Both the position numbers and the translations under genes were made by a program. Below, in pieces: positions 60,476-64,000 of a stretch of DNA of 64,000 nucleotides (its first letter is position 1; the number at the start of each line of letters is the position of its first letter). The notes under the pieces are model-generated. The model saw only the letters and a list, made by a program, of their open reading frames with translations. It was not told where the DNA came from and ran no database searches. Source of the DNA: Octopus sinensis (taxonomy: Eukaryota); the NCBI RefSeq assembly GCF_006345805.1, contig NC_043001.1, positions 37,448,001 to 37,512,000 on the forward strand. The letters run 5' to 3'.

Positions 60476-63400
60476 ACTTTATTTAATTGAAATGCAAATT
60501 TGAATTGTGAGAGTTGTCGTTTAATAAAGGTGTATACTGTAGATATACTTCTTTCCTCCAGAGAAAATATCTATACCCCCAAAGCAGAACTATCTACCGT
60601 AAGACATTATGACTGAGTGCTTCGAAAATTACTGACTATTAATTTCTTTGCCAATTCATTGATAACAATATCTTCCGATTAACTACATGGCACAAAAACT
60701 AATACTTAAAGAGCAAATCACTTTTAAATTTTCTTCGTCGCGTTTTTAACTGTAATTCTTTCTCTACAAGTTTACAAGGAATGTGTGACGTTTTCGCCTG
60801 GTTCGGCGTTGTCTTAACATTTCACATATAACACTAAGTTTAAACAGACCTTTCCACTTTGAAAAAGGCGAATTTATTTCAGCTTAATCGTTAGGAATGT
60901 TAAACAAATTTGGAAAAACAAAGAAATTATTTAGACAAAATTCACACCTCATTCTACACATATAATGAATGGTTCCCTCGACTTATACTATCTAGATGAA
61001 AGTGCAGAGATCCTGCTCAGTTTTCGCTGCTGTTGGTGGTGTGCTGTTTAGCACCTGAAATCGTTGACGGACACGTTCTCGAAGACAATTACTCGAGTCA
61101 TATTTTAATAATCGTGTATTATCAAAGCCTCAATTTCCAATGGCGTGGAAAGATAGTGACTGATAAAACGAGTACGTTTATAAGTTAATAGAGTCAATTT
61201 TATCTGATACCTTTGCTAATCACAGAACTACTTCCAAACACTCTAAACACTAACAACTGCTCAATCTTTTCTCTCGATGAACCAAGGACATTTACTTCAC
61301 TTCTTCTTTTTCTGAAGTTATCGCCCTTGAAAGCTTCAATGTCCACAACATTTCTTGGTTCTCACCTCCTTCTTCTCTTATTATGCTTCAGGTACAGGAA
61401 TCGAATATTTTCCAATCCTTAACTCTTAGCATCATCACCCACACGTAGATGCTCTTAATCTTTCTCCCCTACACAAAAACAGAACTCTTATTAAAGCACC
61501 ATAGTCGGACTTCACTGCAAAATCATGACTATCTACCACATTCAATCATCTCTCACATTCCTGACCCCTGTAACATTTCAAAACAATTAACTAGTAGATT
61601 TCTGCTAGTTCTAGCAGCACATGTGCTTCCCCCAGATCTACCAGAGACTTTTAAGCAGAGCGGAGTTTTGAAATTGCTATAGGAATGGAGAAGGTCATGG
61701 AATTAGGTGAAATGGGGGAAGATGTTCCTTAATTTTCTCATTTTTTTTTGTTTTTTTGTATTCCTGTTTTATACAATGAGAATTACACTTCTAAAATAAT
61801 TTTAAAATATTTTTGCACTCCCAATTCCATGCCTTTTTCATTCCCCATGAAGTAGTGATAGCTTTTCTAAAACTCTACCTGAAGCAGGTGAATGAATCTT
61901 TCCTCTTAAAGCATATCTCATAACACCTTTCACACAACCATAATATAACTCTGCCGCAGTAAGACAAAGAACATGAAGGGCTATGCCTGCAGAAAAATGT
62001 CATCAATCCCTACCAAGTAGGTGGCTTTTATCCTTAACCGCAAGTCTTCTAAATTTATCATCTGCAGAGCAAAATATCCTTTTGTGTATTACACTACCAG
62101 CAAGCTCTACTCAATTCCAAACTGCAGCTGGTTTTGGTTACTTAGTCATCAACTTTACGGAATCTTTCTTTCTGCCGCTCCTGAATATCATAGCTTTGTG
62201 AATAATACTCATACAGAGAAAGTATCTACATTTGCTGCCTGATTTGCATCCAACTCCACACTGTATTCTCTTAGCAAAACTCCTCCAAAACATTTCTTCT
62301 TCATATCACAAATCTAATCACCATATACATATACACACTCTGTGCCATACCACTTCTGATTACTTTAAACCAACAAGACTAGCAGCCTTCAATTATTTTT
62401 TCCTCTACCCTCAAATAGTATACTTCTATCCTCATCAAAATGTTCTCTCTCTCTCTCTCTCTCTTGGAATTTACCACGGTCTTTGGAAACATCAACAGTG
62501 TCACCTTCCCAAGAAGAGCAGCTACTGGGATTCCTACACTATCTGCCTATCACTCTCACTTTCAACAATTACCTTCTCAAAAACATATTGGTCATTAACA
62601 TTGAGCTAAAGTAAAATTTAAATAAAAAATAAATTAAAGAGACTGGTATATACATGAGAAGAAGTGAATTTTTAAATTGTTTTATTTATTGGTTTGGTTT
62701 GGAGGAAAGAGTTGTCCCTTTAGCTTTCTGATCAGATCGACTAAAGAGAATTTGAAATCATGTGTTGATATGTTGCATTTGATCAAGTCAGATTGACTAA
62801 TTAATAAACAGAGACACTATGAACTTTCCCTTTAATCCTATTTGCAGTAAATAATATCAAAGTACATCATACAAAATATCTTGTAGATATTGAAAGAAAA
62901 AGAGAATCAGTGCACAGACTGTCAGACACTTAAGTCACAATGGTTTGATACTGTTAAGAATAATAAAAGAATAAATTTAGAAGTGCATAAGTTTCTCTTT
63001 AATATTAGTTTCAAATTTTGGCACAAGGCCAGCAGGTTTGAGGAAGAGGCTAAATCGATTATATTGACCCCGGATGAAAGGCAAAGTTGACCTCAGTAGC
63101 ATTTGAACTCAGAACATAAAGATGGATGAGATACTGCTAAGAATTTTACTCAGCTTGCTAACAATTTTGCCAGCTTGCATCCTTGTTTCTCTTTAATATT
63201 AATATAAACTCTCATGAAAGTTTGAAGTTTGCTTGCTTGTGATCTGCTCACTCAATTCCGTCTGCAATACTATGCCGGAAATCTTGCTTTCTTATCTTCC
63301 CTGCCACATTTCCTCCATCTCTGTCAGCAATCTGTCAACAACAATAATAAAAATGCAGCAGACACCCATAAAACTGGTTATGTTAATGACATTAAGAATG

Positions 63401-63779
63401 CTTATTATTTATTGATAATAACAATAAACTACACCTATTTGTGGCTGATGCATGAAAAATGTGTGTAAATCTACCAATTGCCGGCAAGCTATGGCACAAT
63501 TCTTACTCCTCATGAGTGCAGATATCGTCAGACAGATATCAACAAACAGTCTTCCTACAGAAGATACACCCCCATCTTCCTATAAATTCTAAAGCTTTAA
63601 GGCTATAGGCATAAACATAAGCATATTTGGTGAAAGAGGCAAGGTGGAAAGGATCTTCATCAAAACTTCTGACAGGTATACAAATTCTGTTGGGTGAGTA
63701 ATAGTGCCAACAGAGGCGGAACAAGCGTATTGTTAGCTGAAAAATGGATGCAAAAAGTAATGGAGGTAGTCAAAGTGTG

Positions 63780-64000
63780 CTGTAGGAGGATAATTAAGAT
63801 GAGACTAGTTTGTTATAGGTAACTCAGTGGTGACTGTTATTCTATTACTGACAGTAAAAATAGGACTGTTTCTATGAGATCCTTTTGCAGACTGCTTCAA
63901 TGAAAGTTGACAGTAACTTCATTATTGTGACTGGTGACTTCAATGGCCACATTGGATGGCATATTGATGGCTTCCATGGCATACACTGAGGTTATGAATA
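63780..64000 (+). mobile_element. Degenerate RTE-type APE endonuclease fragment running off the window edge
   Basis: Encodes IIVTGDFNGHIG, the same motif as in the 18736-19053 copy. Confidence 0.65.

Overview
AT-rich, microsatellite-dense animal genomic DNA. The SINE families and (TA)n/(ATC)n load suggest an octopus; this is inferred from recall, not from a database search. Three protein-coding units are visible. (1) The 3' eight coding exons of a + strand LRRC56 gene (8401-41960): splice phases are all compatible and they give about 493 aa; the 5' exons were not found. (2) An intronless 981-aa GPI ethanolamine-phosphate transferase 2 (PIGG) ORF on the - strand (54084-57029). (3) An intronless 495-aa acidic/coiled-coil ORF with no recognisable family on the - strand (58988-60475). 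The rest is nested mobile DNA: at least four tRNA-derived SINE families, RTE, CR1/L2-group and R4/Dong-type LINE remnants, canonical A|TC...CTAG|T Helitrons, and hAT, piggyBac-type and fold-back MITEs. The main hidden signal is two unrelated Penelope-like/retrozyme-type elements. Each has a complete type I hammerhead ribozyme (541-629 and 9940-10020, - strand) followed by a short GT-AG intron-like segment. The second sits in a 431-nt tandem unit with an inverted copy forming a roughly 226-bp hairpin. Also notable: a SINE/LINE shared 3' stem-loop with compensatory substitutions, a SINE-internal (TA)n insertion hotspot, fold-back palindromes at Helitron ends, and a 1.1-kb diverged palindrome upstream of PIGG. 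Almost all short ORFs in the supplied track are microsatellite or repeat artefacts.
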